Below, piece after piece: positions 24,301 through 36,109 of a stretch of DNA of 64,000 nucleotides. Both the position numbers and the translations under genes were made by a program. This DNA comes from Nemertoderma westbladi. Lineage: Eukaryota > Animalia > Xenacoelomorpha. Every line of letters starts with the position of its first letter. Positions within the stretch are counted from its first letter, which is position 1. The stretch lies in NCBI GenBank assembly GCA_032718475.1, contig JAUCBJ010000548.1, forward strand, positions 1 to 64,000, in the 5' to 3' direction. The notes under the pieces were generated by a model. The model searched no databases. It was not told where the DNA came from and saw only the letters and a program-made list of their open reading frames with translations.

Positions 24301-26432
24301 ACGCTTTACTCGTGTTGGAGTATATAACCAATGAAGTCTGTCAGTTCAGCGTTTTTGTTACTAACAGGGTAGCTATTATTCTTAGTCGCACAAAGATAGA
24401 TCAATGGAGACATTGCCCTGGTACGATTAATCCAGCTGATATCGCCTCCAGGGGAGCAACCCCACAGGAACTGATAGATACTCCAGACTGGTTGGGTGGA
24501 CCCGACTTCCTGAGTAAGGAAGAGGATGAATGGCCTCCTCACCTTACTACGGCGGAGATTAGACAAGCCAAGGGAGCGGAGAAAGTCAAACCTAAAACCC
24601 GGGCGAGTAAATCGAAGTTATTTAAACCGACGATCGATCTATCTGTATTGCATACTTCCGGAAACGATGCTTCGGATCCACAATCCCTCGCCACAAATAA
24701 GTCTGTTGTGGAAATTAGAGATAGAGATTGGAAATCTGGAACACCAGACGTCTCGCAAGGAATCTCACCCCTGCTGCAGAGAGCAATGCATCACTACAGT
24801 TCCTGGAATCGGCTTTGTAAAGCCGTCACATATTTAAGGCGATGTTTTCATCATCACTACTCCAGGACGAAGACCATTAGTGATACCGCTCCATTGACAT
24901 CTGCGCAAGTTCATGTTATTAAAAATTTACCCAAATATAAGACATCCGACCGGTTTCTAAAGGAAAAAATCAGTTACAAGGAGCATGAAGAAACCAATAA
25001 GCAGATACTGAGACTCCTGCAATGCTATGAGGATTCCGATAAGTATTTCCTGTTGTTGAGAAATCCGCAGATGCGCTTAAGGGATCGCTTCTCTAGCACA
25101 ATGATAGATGGGTTAATACGTGTTGGAGGAAGGCTCACCAATGCGCCATTATCCTTTGACACTAAATTCCCCATACTCATTAGAAATCTTGAAGTACAAA
25201 TCAAGATGATTGTAGATGTTCACAGTAAACTTTATCATGCTGGTAGAGAACGAGTTCTTAGCGAAATTCGAACTCGCTATTATTTTGATAAACCCCGTAG
25301 AGCTCTGAACCAAGTTCTTAGGAACTGCATACCCTGTAGGAAAGCATTCAGTAGGCCTTTAACACAGCGAGAGGCAGAATTACCTAGGGAACGAGTAAGC
25401 TTCTATGAACCACCTTTTACCAATACTGGTGTAGATTTATTTGGCCCCATTGAAGTATATCGTGCTAGGACTATAGTCAAGAGATGGTGTGTCATCTTCG
25501 TATGCATGACTTGTAGAGCCATCCATCTCGATATGGTGAACGATCTATCTACCAACAGCTTCGTCTTAAGTTTACGCCGACAGATCGCTCGCTTCGGGAC
25601 AAGTAATACCATGAGATCGGATAAGGGAACGAACTTCATTGGTGCCAACAACGAAATCCAGGCTTACGTGAAGGACTGGAACCAAAGACAGGTGGACGAT
25701 CAGCTAAGGATAACAGCGTCTAGCTGGACCTTCAACGCCGCCGACGCCCCTTGGTGGGGAGGAAGTTGGGAGAGATTAATTAGAAGTGTCAAGACCGCAT
25801 TTCACTTTATAGTGCCATGCCGCGCGTATCTCACCGACGAACTTTTGCGGACATTAATGGAGGAAATAGCTGCCTATCTCAACGAGAGACCGCTTATGCC
25901 AGTCTCATCGAGTCCCGATTCCCTGGAAGCGCTAACACCCGCGCACTTCCTACTGAAGAAACCTGTAGCCATGCTCCCACGATCGGAGATTGCCGACGGA
26001 GACGAATACTGCCGTCGAACTTGGCAACTTATGCAGTTGCTATCCCGTCGTTTTGCTGACCATTTCGAGAAACATTATCTGCCCACGCTACAACTTCGAA
26101 CTAAGTGGTTTGCGCAGCAAGAAAACGTCAGCGCCGGATCTATGGTGCTTATTGTAGATTCAGACCTCCCACGTAAACGGTGGCAGACAGGTCGTATCAT
26201 CGAGACTCACATCTCGAATGATGGTTTAGTACGCTCGGTAGAACTCGTCGTCATGCGGCGTAACTTCAAGAAGCCAGGCATAATCTTTGAGATGCAACAA
26301 CTCAACCGCCCAGTTGGTCGTTTATGTTTACTGGAAAGAGACAGAGAACTCTCCGGAAACTATGGAAGGCAAGACACTCTTCCCACGACCACCTCCCTAA
26401 TTCCTCAAACATCTAGGGACTCCCCAACGTGA
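18371..26432 (+). pseudogene. gag-pol: BEL1 gag-pol polyprotein, broken by one nonsense codon and one frameshift
   Basis: Three knuckles (CALCDGPHRLSAC, CYNCLRSGHQRRTC, CAKCGAKHHILLH), ALLDSGS protease, SDIEGMFLQV/YMDD RT, FGDAS/PRAEL/WTD/NPAD RNase H and GVDLFGP/SDKGTNF/GGSWERL integrase. TGA at 23876-23878 (FDPL*, normally FDPLG) and a frameshift near 24077. Confidence 0.95.
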
Positions 26433-26974
26433 TACGTCTGGAGTGGGTGCATGACTATATTATTCTATCTATTTTTTATTATATTTTTATATGCGAACTT
26501 TATTATGTACTTTATTATAATCGTTTTTATTCAATTTTATTTAGTAGAAGGTTATTTTAGATTATTTGGTAGATTAGTGCAATATATTAGTGTTTATTAC
26601 GTAATTACATATAATATATATTTAGTGTGACGGCGAGAAATAATTCTTTTTCTCTTTCCTTACTGTCCGTATTATATTATAAACACGAGACTACAGTAAG
26701 ATGACATGTCAGTACTTATTAAAGTACAATAAAGCCACTACTATATTTAAGTATTATTGGTAGGCAGAGTATTAGGAATGCAAAGTTCAGATCCTCGTGT
26801 CTCGGCTAAACCAAGCTCTGGGTAGACCTTGGAAACGACTTGCCTCTTCACACTGACATTGCTTCGTGCGATATTGCTCTTCTACCTTATATTAAATAAT
26901 ACATATAGTAGCGTGATGTCCCTCTAACAGTAGCGTAAAACGCAAATAAATCTGTTAAACCTTTGACCATCTGT

Positions 26975-27245
26975 AATTCTAGTCGATTAAGATATCGCGG
27001 CACCCACCGATATACTTGAAAGACAAATTCTAGAATCAGTGGTTAACGTCCCCAGACAAGTTCTGGAATAAATCGGTGCCCATCTTAAATATTAATTTAA
27101 TATTTATTAAAATCTGTAAAATTCAGATCCTTTAAAATTTCTAGTCAATTAAGATATCGCAGCACTTACCGATACTCTTAAAAGACAATTTTATAGAATT
27201 AAGGATCCTAAGTCCCCAGACATGCTCTGGAATAAAAATTGTGTC
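26975..27245 (+). repeat. About 160-bp imperfect duplication in BEL1 pol-ORF2 spacer
   Basis: TTCTAGTC(G/A)ATTAAGATATCGC...GTCCCCAGACA...CTGGAATAAA occurs twice (about 26977 and 27139). Confidence 0.75.
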
Positions 27246-28057
27246 AATTTTAACATCAAATAATAAAATTCACGGGAATAAATTTAAATTCATATCTTGG
27301 ATGAATTTCATAAATTGTCATTTTGTGCAATTTATAACATTCCCAAAATTCCATTAATTAATAGATCATGGGAGTGGAGATTCATTCTTTTGAGTGTATT
27401 AGAGTGCGAGAATCTCCAACATATAGTCAATAGCCGATAAAAATTTAATAAAATCATGCATAGAGAGGATATTGACAATTAAAGAATTACTATTAAATAG
27501 CATTCCAGATCTGTATGCATGAGAATTACCCTAATTCTACCGCTAGCTTTCCATAATGTCACCATAGCAACACCCACGCTAGAATTAGAAGCAAGTTAAA
27601 AGAACAATAGAAAGCTTGTCCCATTGCCTAGCATAGAGAATGCATAGCATACTGTTAGTATCCAAGGATACACAGTAATAACGTGACATTCTGGAAGGCA
27701 CTGACTAACGGACAAATGGCCTGTATGTGTACAATTGGTGACAGTTGTGTGGAATTTGTGCGTTTATAGGTGAATGTTACTGCTAAAGTATGTTTACAGT
27801 AGCTAGTCGCAATTGTGAAAGTAACCCAACTCTCCTATAGAAAGAACCTAAAGTGGATCCAAGCCTTTGGGACGGACAGTGGAGTGACTTGTGCCGGTTA
27901 TCGTTGTCGTGCTGTTGCTACATGTTGGCGTAAACACCGCGACGACGGTACATCGGTGCTGAGAATCCCACTGTCCGGGGGCAACGAGAGGTAGGCAGCG
28001 ACGCCCGCTAGCCTAAACATAAACTCATTTTGATATTAATAAACTCAGATAGCAGAT

Positions 28058-31000
28058 ATGACGGAGTTGATAGAAGATGATCTTGGTATTAGGGAGCGAT
28101 ATACTCTACCTTTACAAGCATTTGTGGATAGCTTAATACGCGGTGAAGCCGATCCAACCATTACGGAGGACGATGGTCGTTATATCGAACCGCCGATGTC
28201 CCAAGAGCAACTTGCGCGTGAATTTGACTATCGAAAATTCACCGCTCGCTATACGAATCGTAATGGTACGTATATGGACTTCTTAACTACCGGCCATCCT
28301 ATCGATTTACATGATACGGACGATGTAGACACAGAAAGGGAAATGGTTCTATTTAAATATCATACCCAGCGGAGTCGTAACGATAAACCGAGAATAGAAC
28401 ACGAAAATTCTATTCGTAACAGACTGGAAAGAGAAAACGTTGAAGAACCGGATAAACGCATCGACTTCAACGACTACCTGGAATTTTTGAGAGAAACTTA
28501 TCTCAACATCGCCAGTCAGCAGAACCTAGAGACTCGATATCCTCAAGGTATACATCATGACCCTATGGTAGAACTTAAACGGCTCTATTTCACTATGATG
28601 TATCTTACAGCCGATCGTCCACTACCTGTTATCCCGGATAGTTTTGAACAAATGGAAGAATATTGCAAAACTGGAGAACGATCACCCGCATTTCCTCTAC
28701 AGGACGTACGTCTTTGGTATTATTGTGACGAATGCCCTAGACCCAACCAACAAACTGAAAGACATAAACATCCGCGGAGACGTTGCGCTAAACACAGCTT
28801 TACACGTTATACTTACAGGAGTTTCGAGCGAAACCTGTTCGACGTATCACCTACGATCGCTCGTCTTAAACGATCACTGAATAAACCCATGATCAGAGTT
28901 CCGGAATACTCGGTCAGGCCTCCTCATTCCCTAGTGAGACCTCAAACTCTTGATCCTAACAGTATCACTGATCCTCCCGAACTATATTCCCTGTTCAAAG
29001 ACTTAGTGTTACCCGAACAATTAATCGGTGGTGCTCCGGTAGTGGGTTCGTTAGACATTTGCCCATCCTACTTAGCCGGATTGGGACGCGGGCAGCTAAT
29101 ATCGCCATTTGATCCTTACAATCGTCCAGGATTAAACCCGATGCAACCCGCCACGGAAGTTGAGGAGAGCGTTATAAGAAATGCTTTAGACGCTATTCAA
29201 CAGAAGATCGGAAAGGGAACACAAGATTGTTTAGAGAAACGTAAATTACAACAACAAGTCCAATCGGTGAAGGAGTTAGCCTTGCCACAGTTCGATAGAG
29301 AAATCCAAAACCTCGAGGAGGACATCGAGCTTGGACGTACGTATTCTCTACAAGAGTTTTTAGATGAACGCTTACAGAGACAAGCGGAAGAAAATCTACT
29401 CGAGGAGAAACACACGAAAATGGACGAGAGAGAAGAAGCCACTTTAGCCCAACCTGAAGCTCAAATCCTTATGACAGATCTCTACTCTAAAACCGTCCGT
29501 CATCCCTCGATGATTCCACATTTCGGAGACAAACTCTTCGCGACAATACAACCTCAACCGGTTGATATCAGTACAGGATCGCAAAATCTTATCGCTGACG
29601 CCCCTATGTTACAGCGTCCGCCAATCGAGGCCGCTCGTGTTGACGGTATACTCGTTGAACCTCCGGACAATCGAGCGGATCTTGTCCGTCGTATGGTACA
29701 CGATGTCAACATACGCGCTAGACCTTTACAGAACTCGTTTTATGGGATTAAAGACCACCCTTATTACGTTAATCTGACTCAATATTATATGGTAAAACCA
29801 GAAGACCCGACGCATAATTTAAAGTTTCTACCACTAATAAATCCTCTAGACATTGTCGAACTCGAACAATTGCAGAAACATCTGGATCAGTTAGTAAAGG
29901 TAAACTCATTTAGAAAACCATATAACATTTCTCGAATCGAGAAGGATATAGAACCTCCTTATAATCTCGATGGATTTATTAAAACTCGATTAGTCCATTG
30001 GAATCTAGATGTATTATTTGAAGAAGAGAAAATACAAAGATATGGAAATGTGGAGACGTATACCACTCGGCACATGAAGTATAGTGATCTCCCTGATGCT
30101 AACCAATGCGCCACCTTGTGGCATCCAGTAGGGATGACCCTAGAGAACGCCACCAAGGAGTGGAATGAAACTCTTAATGTTATTGAGATGTATGGAGTTG
30201 TCACCTACGATAATGAAGGTAGCGTTCCGGTCGGAGAACTAGGAACTACGCGCATGATCCACATACGCGGATTAGCTGGTTCTACACACGTGTTTACTCG
30301 AGCGTGTTCCGACGTGATTGATTATTCCTTTGAAACTCTCACCGAAACACAAAAGAATCTCCGACATGGACAATTCGAACTCGCGCAGCGTTACGTCATT
30401 GACACCGAACGCAAACCGGCCATGGGTATCGATGGATCGATGTTACCCCAGCCCGTACTCGAGATGTTGTTCAACGAAAGAATCCTTAAAATCGGCTCAG
30501 CTGTTTATGGAGATCTCCAAAACGACTTTCGGAATATGGAGAACATTCCATACCCTTTCGTTGATACTCAGCTGATTGCTCCCTGGGCAGAAGGTCGAGG
30601 TTTCTTCCGCACCATGTATGCTAATACGTCTAGCAACATTACAAAGGTGCAACGAACTTCCATCGGACATCTTGCCTTTCAGGAATACGGATGGAATTTC
30701 AAAGTCGGAAATCCCATCAACTATCAACAAGTATACGGAGACCATTATTCTCGATTATACTTTGATGGACCATTGACCGCACCTGGCGCCGTGTATAGCT
30801 TCATGAGTGTTCCACTCCGTCCCTCCTTAGCTATCTACACGATCTTTGAAAACACCGCACGTTCCGGTTGGCTAGCCGATGTGTGCAGTCGTACTATACA
30901 CGCCCATCCATTAATACTTGGGACCAAACTCGCTAAGCTAGATGAACATAATAAATTCATCCGCTTCGAATGTTTCCGGCGATTTTTAACCCCATTCCGC

Positions 31001-32311
31001 AACGTGGATAGCCAATTTAAAGACCGCGCTTTGACCAAGCTCAGCCTAAGAAACTCAGCTGCAGAGAAGTTAGATAGCGCTGGATTTGCCATTTTCAAGG
31101 AGATTTGTATGTCGAACTTACACTCCTCTGTTATACAAAGACCTCGAATCCCCACAGGTTATTCTGTCGTGGAAATTCAGACAATAGGTCCACTTGAAGA
31201 GACAGACACGCCCACCTCAGCTATGCACTGGGAAGACGAACCAATATGCCTAGAATCTGAGGAGATTCAGCCTATCGCCCCCCGGAACAGCGACAACGAT
31301 TACATCCTAGAATGGTATCAAGGTCCACAGTGTCTCACTGCGTACGATTATCGACATGCCAACTATGTTTCTCGGCAACGTTGTCGGTTATGCGCATCGA
31401 GAGACCATGTTACGCCCATGGACACAAACGTCCGCTGTTCCTATTTCCAAGAACAACCGACGATGGAAATTTATTGCGCATATTGCAGACTCAATAACTT
31501 GCATATTTTTGCGGTTTGCCCTCAATTTATGACTCAATGTCACCATTGTCAACTAAAGGGACACGCCAGTTTCGATTGCCCTTTTAATCACGATTTGGAA
31601 AGCGTAGATGAAATGATCACACTACGTTACATCAGAGCTTGGGAAGCGAACGCTGATTTACATTGTGATTCGCGCCATCGATATTATCCTGGACGCGCTT
31701 ACGAAGGAGTTTATGCGTTCCATCCTTATCTATTCGCTTCTGTCGAACAGAAATCACGCATATTGAGTTACGAACTACTGAAGCGCGTCGGAGAATGTAT
31801 TTCAACCAAATTCGTACGCAAATTTCTCAGGAGTGTTAATCCTAGCGACCTTCATTCCTATAACTTAATCAATTATATCCGTCAGGATCCGGACTATGGA
31901 GACTTATTTGTTAACTCACACCCCAAGTTACAGGAAGTATATCGACGGCCTTACGAATACCAAGCCCGCGAACGCGAGTTGGAAAGAACCATTAAACCCA
32001 GGAGGTTTCTGACTGCCTATGGTCCACCCACGGCTCTCGTTCAGACCACTCGTAAAGGACCCGTAAGAGCGGCTGTCCTAAAACGCGCTCTCAAGGCCGT
32101 TAGACCCCTCTCCCCCGACGTTGATGTCAATCAACCCGGCACTTCGACTGGCGGATACACCGACCATAATCCTACACCCTCTGATGCAATCATATTGCAC
32201 CCTTCACCCAGGAGTTATAGCCCTCCTTGTAAAGTGGCTCGCCCCAAAGAGAAAAGGACTCTGGCCAGCTTTAAAAAACTGCGTAAACGCCGTCTGCGCA
32301 AGAAAGACTAA
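28058..32311 (+). CDS. BEL1 accessory ORF2: DEDDy-like 3'-5' exonuclease domain plus three zinc knuckles, 1417 aa, intact
   Basis: ExoI VVTYDNEG, LPQPVLEMLFNERILKIGSAVYGD (ExoII), FVDTQ and YTIFE (ExoIII-like); CRLC..H..C, CAYC..H..C, CHHCQLKGHASFDC; basic C-terminus. It lies inside the LTRs. Confidence 0.8.
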   Translation: MTELIEDDLGIRERYTLPLQAFVDSLIRGEADPTITEDDGRYIEPPMSQEQLAREFDYRKFTARYTNRNGTYMDFLTTGHPIDLHDTDDVDTEREMVLFKYHTQRSRNDKPRIEHENSIRNRLERENVEEPDKRIDFNDYLEFLRETYLNIASQQNLETRYPQGIHHDPMVELKRLYFTMMYLTADRPLPVIPDSFEQMEEYCKTGERSPAFPLQDVRLWYYCDECPRPNQQTERHKHPRRRCAKHSFTRYTYRSFERNLFDVSPTIARLKRSLNKPMIRVPEYSVRPPHSLVRPQTLDPNSITDPPELYSLFKDLVLPEQLIGGAPVVGSLDICPSYLAGLGRGQLISPFDPYNRPGLNPMQPATEVEESVIRNALDAIQQKIGKGTQDCLEKRKLQQQVQSVKELALPQFDREIQNLEEDIELGRTYSLQEFLDERLQRQAEENLLEEKHTKMDEREEATLAQPEAQILMTDLYSKTVRHPSMIPHFGDKLFATIQPQPVDISTGSQNLIADAPMLQRPPIEAARVDGILVEPPDNRADLVRRMVHDVNIRARPLQNSFYGIKDHPYYVNLTQYYMVKPEDPTHNLKFLPLINPLDIVELEQLQKHLDQLVKVNSFRKPYNISRIEKDIEPPYNLDGFIKTRLVHWNLDVLFEEEKIQRYGNVETYTTRHMKYSDLPDANQCATLWHPVGMTLENATKEWNETLNVIEMYGVVTYDNEGSVPVGELGTTRMIHIRGLAGSTHVFTRACSDVIDYSFETLTETQKNLRHGQFELAQRYVIDTERKPAMGIDGSMLPQPVLEMLFNERILKIGSAVYGDLQNDFRNMENIPYPFVDTQLIAPWAEGRGFFRTMYANTSSNITKVQRTSIGHLAFQEYGWNFKVGNPINYQQVYGDHYSRLYFDGPLTAPGAVYSFMSVPLRPSLAIYTIFENTARSGWLADVCSRTIHAHPLILGTKLAKLDEHNKFIRFECFRRFLTPFRNVDSQFKDRALTKLSLRNSAAEKLDSAGFAIFKEICMSNLHSSVIQRPRIPTGYSVVEIQTIGPLEETDTPTSAMHWEDEPICLESEEIQPIAPRNSDNDYILEWYQGPQCLTAYDYRHANYVSRQRCRLCASRDHVTPMDTNVRCSYFQEQPTMEIYCAYCRLNNLHIFAVCPQFMTQCHHCQLKGHASFDCPFNHDLESVDEMITLRYIRAWEANADLHCDSRHRYYPGRAYEGVYAFHPYLFASVEQKSRILSYELLKRVGECISTKFVRKFLRSVNPSDLHSYNLINYIRQDPDYGDLFVNSHPKLQEVYRRPYEYQARERELERTIKPRRFLTAYGPPTALVQTTRKGPVRAAVLKRALKAVRPLSPDVDVNQPGTSTGGYTDHNPTPSDAIILHPSPRSYSPPCKVARPKEKRTLASFKKLRKRRLRKKD

Positions 32312-32389
32312 CTGTTTAGAGTATTTACGTATATTAGAAACTGTGATTTTTGTATATTTATAGACTTGAATCCCATTTTCTGGGAGCGG

Positions 32390-33599
32390 TGTAAAAGCTT
32401 TTGCGGATATAATCAGCCCCCCTGCCCGCAAAGTACCGTTGTAGGTGTTTTAACGGACATAAAAGTCATTCTTCTATATGTGTGCTTTGGCGGACATGGT
32501 AAGGCACAAAACCCGCAATGCGTCAAATTCTCTAGCACAGTGTAGCCTTGATGATTCAGATTACGACATCTAACAGCTGGTTGCTGGCATGGAAACGGCC
32601 GTTGGACACATGGTTCTTTGTTTCAGCTTAACAGCCAATCAGAGCGATTTTTACTGTTGATGTGGAGATATTCTACAGATCGTGCTAGCAGTATTCAGTC
32701 TTATAGTTTTCTGGGTTATAGTTTTGTTGTTTTTTCTATCTAGGCCAAGAGCACCGGCTCTAGAGTCAATTCGTTTCAGACTTTAGAAGAAACATTAGTA
32801 GGCTTAGATTATAGAGCGTATAACTGTTACCGGCCCAATTATCAGCGCAGTAGCGCAGCGGTACAATCTTATATTGTTATAATCTTAACCTACCGTCTTA
32901 ATGCTTTTTACTGTTGTTATTGTTTCTATCTAGTTGGTTGAATATTATTATTTGGAGAACATCTATAAAGAACCCAAATTTCCCAATTTTCTTGATACAC
33001 TACAGGTTAGAGAGACAGGTTACATATAGCGATTGCGACTTATATTATCGTGGTTTGTAGTGAGTTTAATGCTATTTGATAGGCACTACATGAGTCAATT
33101 GCTGTTCTCTTTATATATGATAAAATTCATTGACGGTCGGCAGATTAGTGTGCAGTATTGTGTGGTACCGGTAGTGTGCATGATTGTGGCTGCTAACTAA
33201 GCATTTCCTAAAGAATGCGCCTCATACGTGAATCATAAGCCTTACAGTCTTACAGTTGTGTTTAGTATAAGTCATATCTCTGTTTACCTAGATAGAGCGC
33301 CACGTCCTAAAGGAACTGTTAATATTTCCCGAAAGTGAATAATACTCGTCAGAAATTATTTATTAACGATCAATCGAATAATACAGTAAGCTTACACTGC
33401 AATAATAAAATCTAAGCCCCATCCGAATCCAGTCTCCCGGGTATATCCAGCGGGTGAATGGACGCGCACTAGGCTGGCTTCGGCTAATGTTGTGTTTATT
33501 GGTATTAAATACTTGTCATTTACTAAAGTCTATTTATAAACCAAAAGACATATAAATTTTGGCAGGTTAAACTGCTAAAGGTCTTCAAAAGCGCGTACA
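32390..33599 (+). repeat. BEL1 3' LTR
   Basis: Direct repeat of 14729-15938. Confidence 0.97.
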
Positions 33600-33876
33600 G
33601 CCTCAGCCACAGTCACAACCTCAGCCACAGCCTAGGCCACAGCCTCAGCCACAGCCTCACCCTCAGCCACTTCTCCAGCAGACCACTTCTCCCCACAGGA
33701 GAATATTTGTTTATCTGTTGTCAAAAAGTTTAACTAATTTGATGTTTTGGTTACCCATTCATTATGCATTTAAAATAGGATCAAGTTGACTTTATTTGTC
33801 TAATTAAACATATTATTATGAAATTACATAATTAATACGACTAAATATAATAAATATTTCAAACAATCAGTTATAA

Positions 33877-34620
33877 TTAATGTCTCGCATTAACTGTACG
33901 ACTGTTCATACGCCTTGGTCGATATACAACAGTTGCTGGAGATATAACTTTTCCTTTCCCTACTCTGATTTTCTGTCCATTTTCATTGTCATTTTCCTCT
34001 GATTCTTCCTCACTGCCATCGCTACTCTCCTCTGCTTCTTCTACACTACCATCATTACTCTCATCCGATTCATCCTCATAACTCTCATTTCCATCATTAT
34101 CACTCTCCTTATGCGAATGTTTCTGCATTTCATTCAATTGTCTAATTATTTTCTGAAGTTTATTTTTATTTCCTATTACATGTCTTAATATCTCCTCATT
34201 ATCTGAGTCATTCTCCTCCTCACTTTCGTGTTCCTCGACTTCTTTCTCGCTCTCATTTTCTTCATCACCACTCTCATTTTCTTCTTCCTCTATCTCACTC
34301 TCTGTTTCATCATTCTCACTTTCCTCTGATTTATCATCTTCCTCACTTTCATCATCCTTTTCACTAGGTGGCTGCTTCTGTATATTTTTCAAAATATTCA
34401 TTATTTTCTCGAATTTATGTTCCATCATTTGTTTAATCTCTAGAAAGTCACTCTCAACTCTCTTTTTGTTCTCATCTTCACTAAAAATATCATCATTATT
34501 TTTTAATTTTTTTGGAGAAGGTTCCATTTCACCTTCCTTTCTATGTATACTCATATGGCGGGATATACTGTCTCGTCTCATTTCTTTATCACAAACCATG
34601 CACTTTTCATAACTAGACAT
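33877..34620 (-). CDS. Small protein with N-terminal C2H2-like zinc finger and long acidic tract
   Basis: 247-aa open frame in AT-rich DNA; CMVCDKEMRRDSISRHMSIH, NLS-like PSPKKLK, E/D/S-rich region. Confidence 0.55.
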   Translation of the reverse strand: MSSYEKCMVCDKEMRRDSISRHMSIHRKEGEMEPSPKKLKNNDDIFSEDENKKRVESDFLEIKQMMEHKFEKIMNILKNIQKQPPSEKDDESEEDDKSEESENDETESEIEEEENESGDEENESEKEVEEHESEEENDSDNEEILRHVIGNKNKLQKIIRQLNEMQKHSHKESDNDGNESYEDESDESNDGSVEEAEESSDGSEEESEENDNENGQKIRVGKGKVISPATVVYRPRRMNSRTVNARH

Positions 34621-34914
34621 TTTATGAAAGAAAACTGTATTATGTTTTTAAATGTCTACAGCTATATTTTTTCAAAATTTTCAGTTTGTTTAGCTAGGGA
34701 TTGATTCACTTACAAATATAATTATCAGTAAATATATATCAGAAGATGGAACATTATTAATAGAGTTCAAATTTAATGTTTAAAGATTAATGTTAATAAT
34801 TGAAATTTATATATGGGAGGCTATCGCTTATTAAGTGAGGTTTGTGTATGGTATAGTGAGGCACAAAGTTAGGCATACAATACATACACTCCCAGTACAT
34901 ACATACACTCCCAG

Positions 34915-35600
34915 TAGCGATGGCAGTGAGGAAGAATCAGAACAGAATGACAATGAAAATGTAGAGAAAATCAGAGTAGGGAATGGAAAAGTTATATCTC
35001 CAGCAACTGTTGTATATCGACCTAGGCGTATGAATAGTCGTACAGTTAATGCGAGACATTAATTATAACTGATTGTTTGAAATATTTATTATATTTAGTC
35101 GTATTAATTATGTAATTTCATAATAATAAGTTTAATTAGACAAATAAAGTCAACTTGATCCTATTTTAAATGCATAATGAATGGGTAACCAAAACATCAA
35201 ATTAGTTAAAATATTTGACAACAGATAAACAATTATTCTCCTGTGGGGAGAAGTGGTGTGCTGGAGAAGTGGCTGAGGGTGAGGCTGTGGCTGTGGCTGT
35301 GGCTGTGGCTGTGGCTGTGGCTGTGGCTGTGGCTGCGGCTGAGGCTGTGGCTGTGGCTGAGGCTGTGGCTGAGGCTGTGGGGGTGCCTCAGGTCTTAAAT
35401 CAGAGTCTTACAAATTCGAACGTTAACGAACAAATTCGAACATTACTGTTCCACCTTGGTGTAGTGGTTGCTTTGAATTCACATCTCCAGTAGGTCGTGG
35501 GTTCGATCCTCGCATGGACCAGGGCAGTTTTCGTTCCGGTCAGCAATAGGCCTAACTATACAAAATGTAGTATTATTGCCTAGTAACCAATTCATAGCTA
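34915..35600. repeat. Right arm of long inverted repeat, including (TGTGGC/TGAGGC)n microsatellite and tRNA-like segment
   Basis: Reverse complement of 14506-14728 plus 33605-34027. It re-encodes the ORF C-terminus KVISPATVVYRPRRMNSRTVNARH. Confidence 0.9.
35452..35525 (+). mobile_element. tRNA-derived Pol III promoter/SINE head (mirror copy at about 14580-14655, - strand)
   Basis: A box TGGTGTAGTGG and B box GGTTCGATCC at tRNA-like spacing; no intact cloverleaf. Confidence 0.65.
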
Positions 35601-36109
35601 CTGTATGGTTTTCACTTTGAGACATTTCGCCCTCTAGCGGCAGACTAGGGAACTTCAGACTACTATGTGACTCCGCAAAAAGATATAGCCTATATTGTAA
35701 TAGATACCGACTGGGGGGTCAAAATTAAGTAATAATATATCTAAAAAAGTCTCAAACATCTTGCCTCATGGCTCGCCCCTCAGAACTCTTAAGCAATATC
35801 GCTTCATAGTTTTTAAGGAAAACTGGTAAACGAGATTTGTTACTTACGCATACCTCGCAGACTTAAGTAATTAATTATACAGTAGGTTAGATCGTTTTGA
35901 GAATAGGACCATTGGAAACAGCGCCCTCGAAAACCTCAGTACAAATAAAATTAATAAAGATTAACAGGATATAGCTTGTTATAATAAAACATAAATTATA
36001 ATACAGTAGAACAATTAGGGTTGTAAATAAAAACAAATTAAATAAATTGAAGATAAACTGTATATAACTTATGTATTAAAAGAGGGCCTTATTTAATTAT
36101 GTGCGGTCA

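Larger units (their letters stand above)
14729..33599 (+). mobile_element. Full-length BEL/Pao LTR retrotransposon 1 (18.9 kb) with extra exonuclease ORF
   Basis: 1210-bp TG...CA LTRs with about 6 substitutions by eye. 5-bp TSD GCCTC (14724-14728 / 33600-33604). PPT-like GGGAGCGG before the 3' LTR. BEL-type gag-pol. Confidence 0.97.

Noticed and set aside
28058-32311. ORF2 as an env gene
   Set aside because: No signal peptide, fusion peptide or transmembrane anchor is visible; it has nuclease and knuckle motifs instead.
35452-35525. Functional tRNA gene (also 14580-14655, 11980-12045, 63315-63380)
   Set aside because: A/B boxes are present, but the acceptor and anticodon stems do not pair convincingly; treated as SINE-like.
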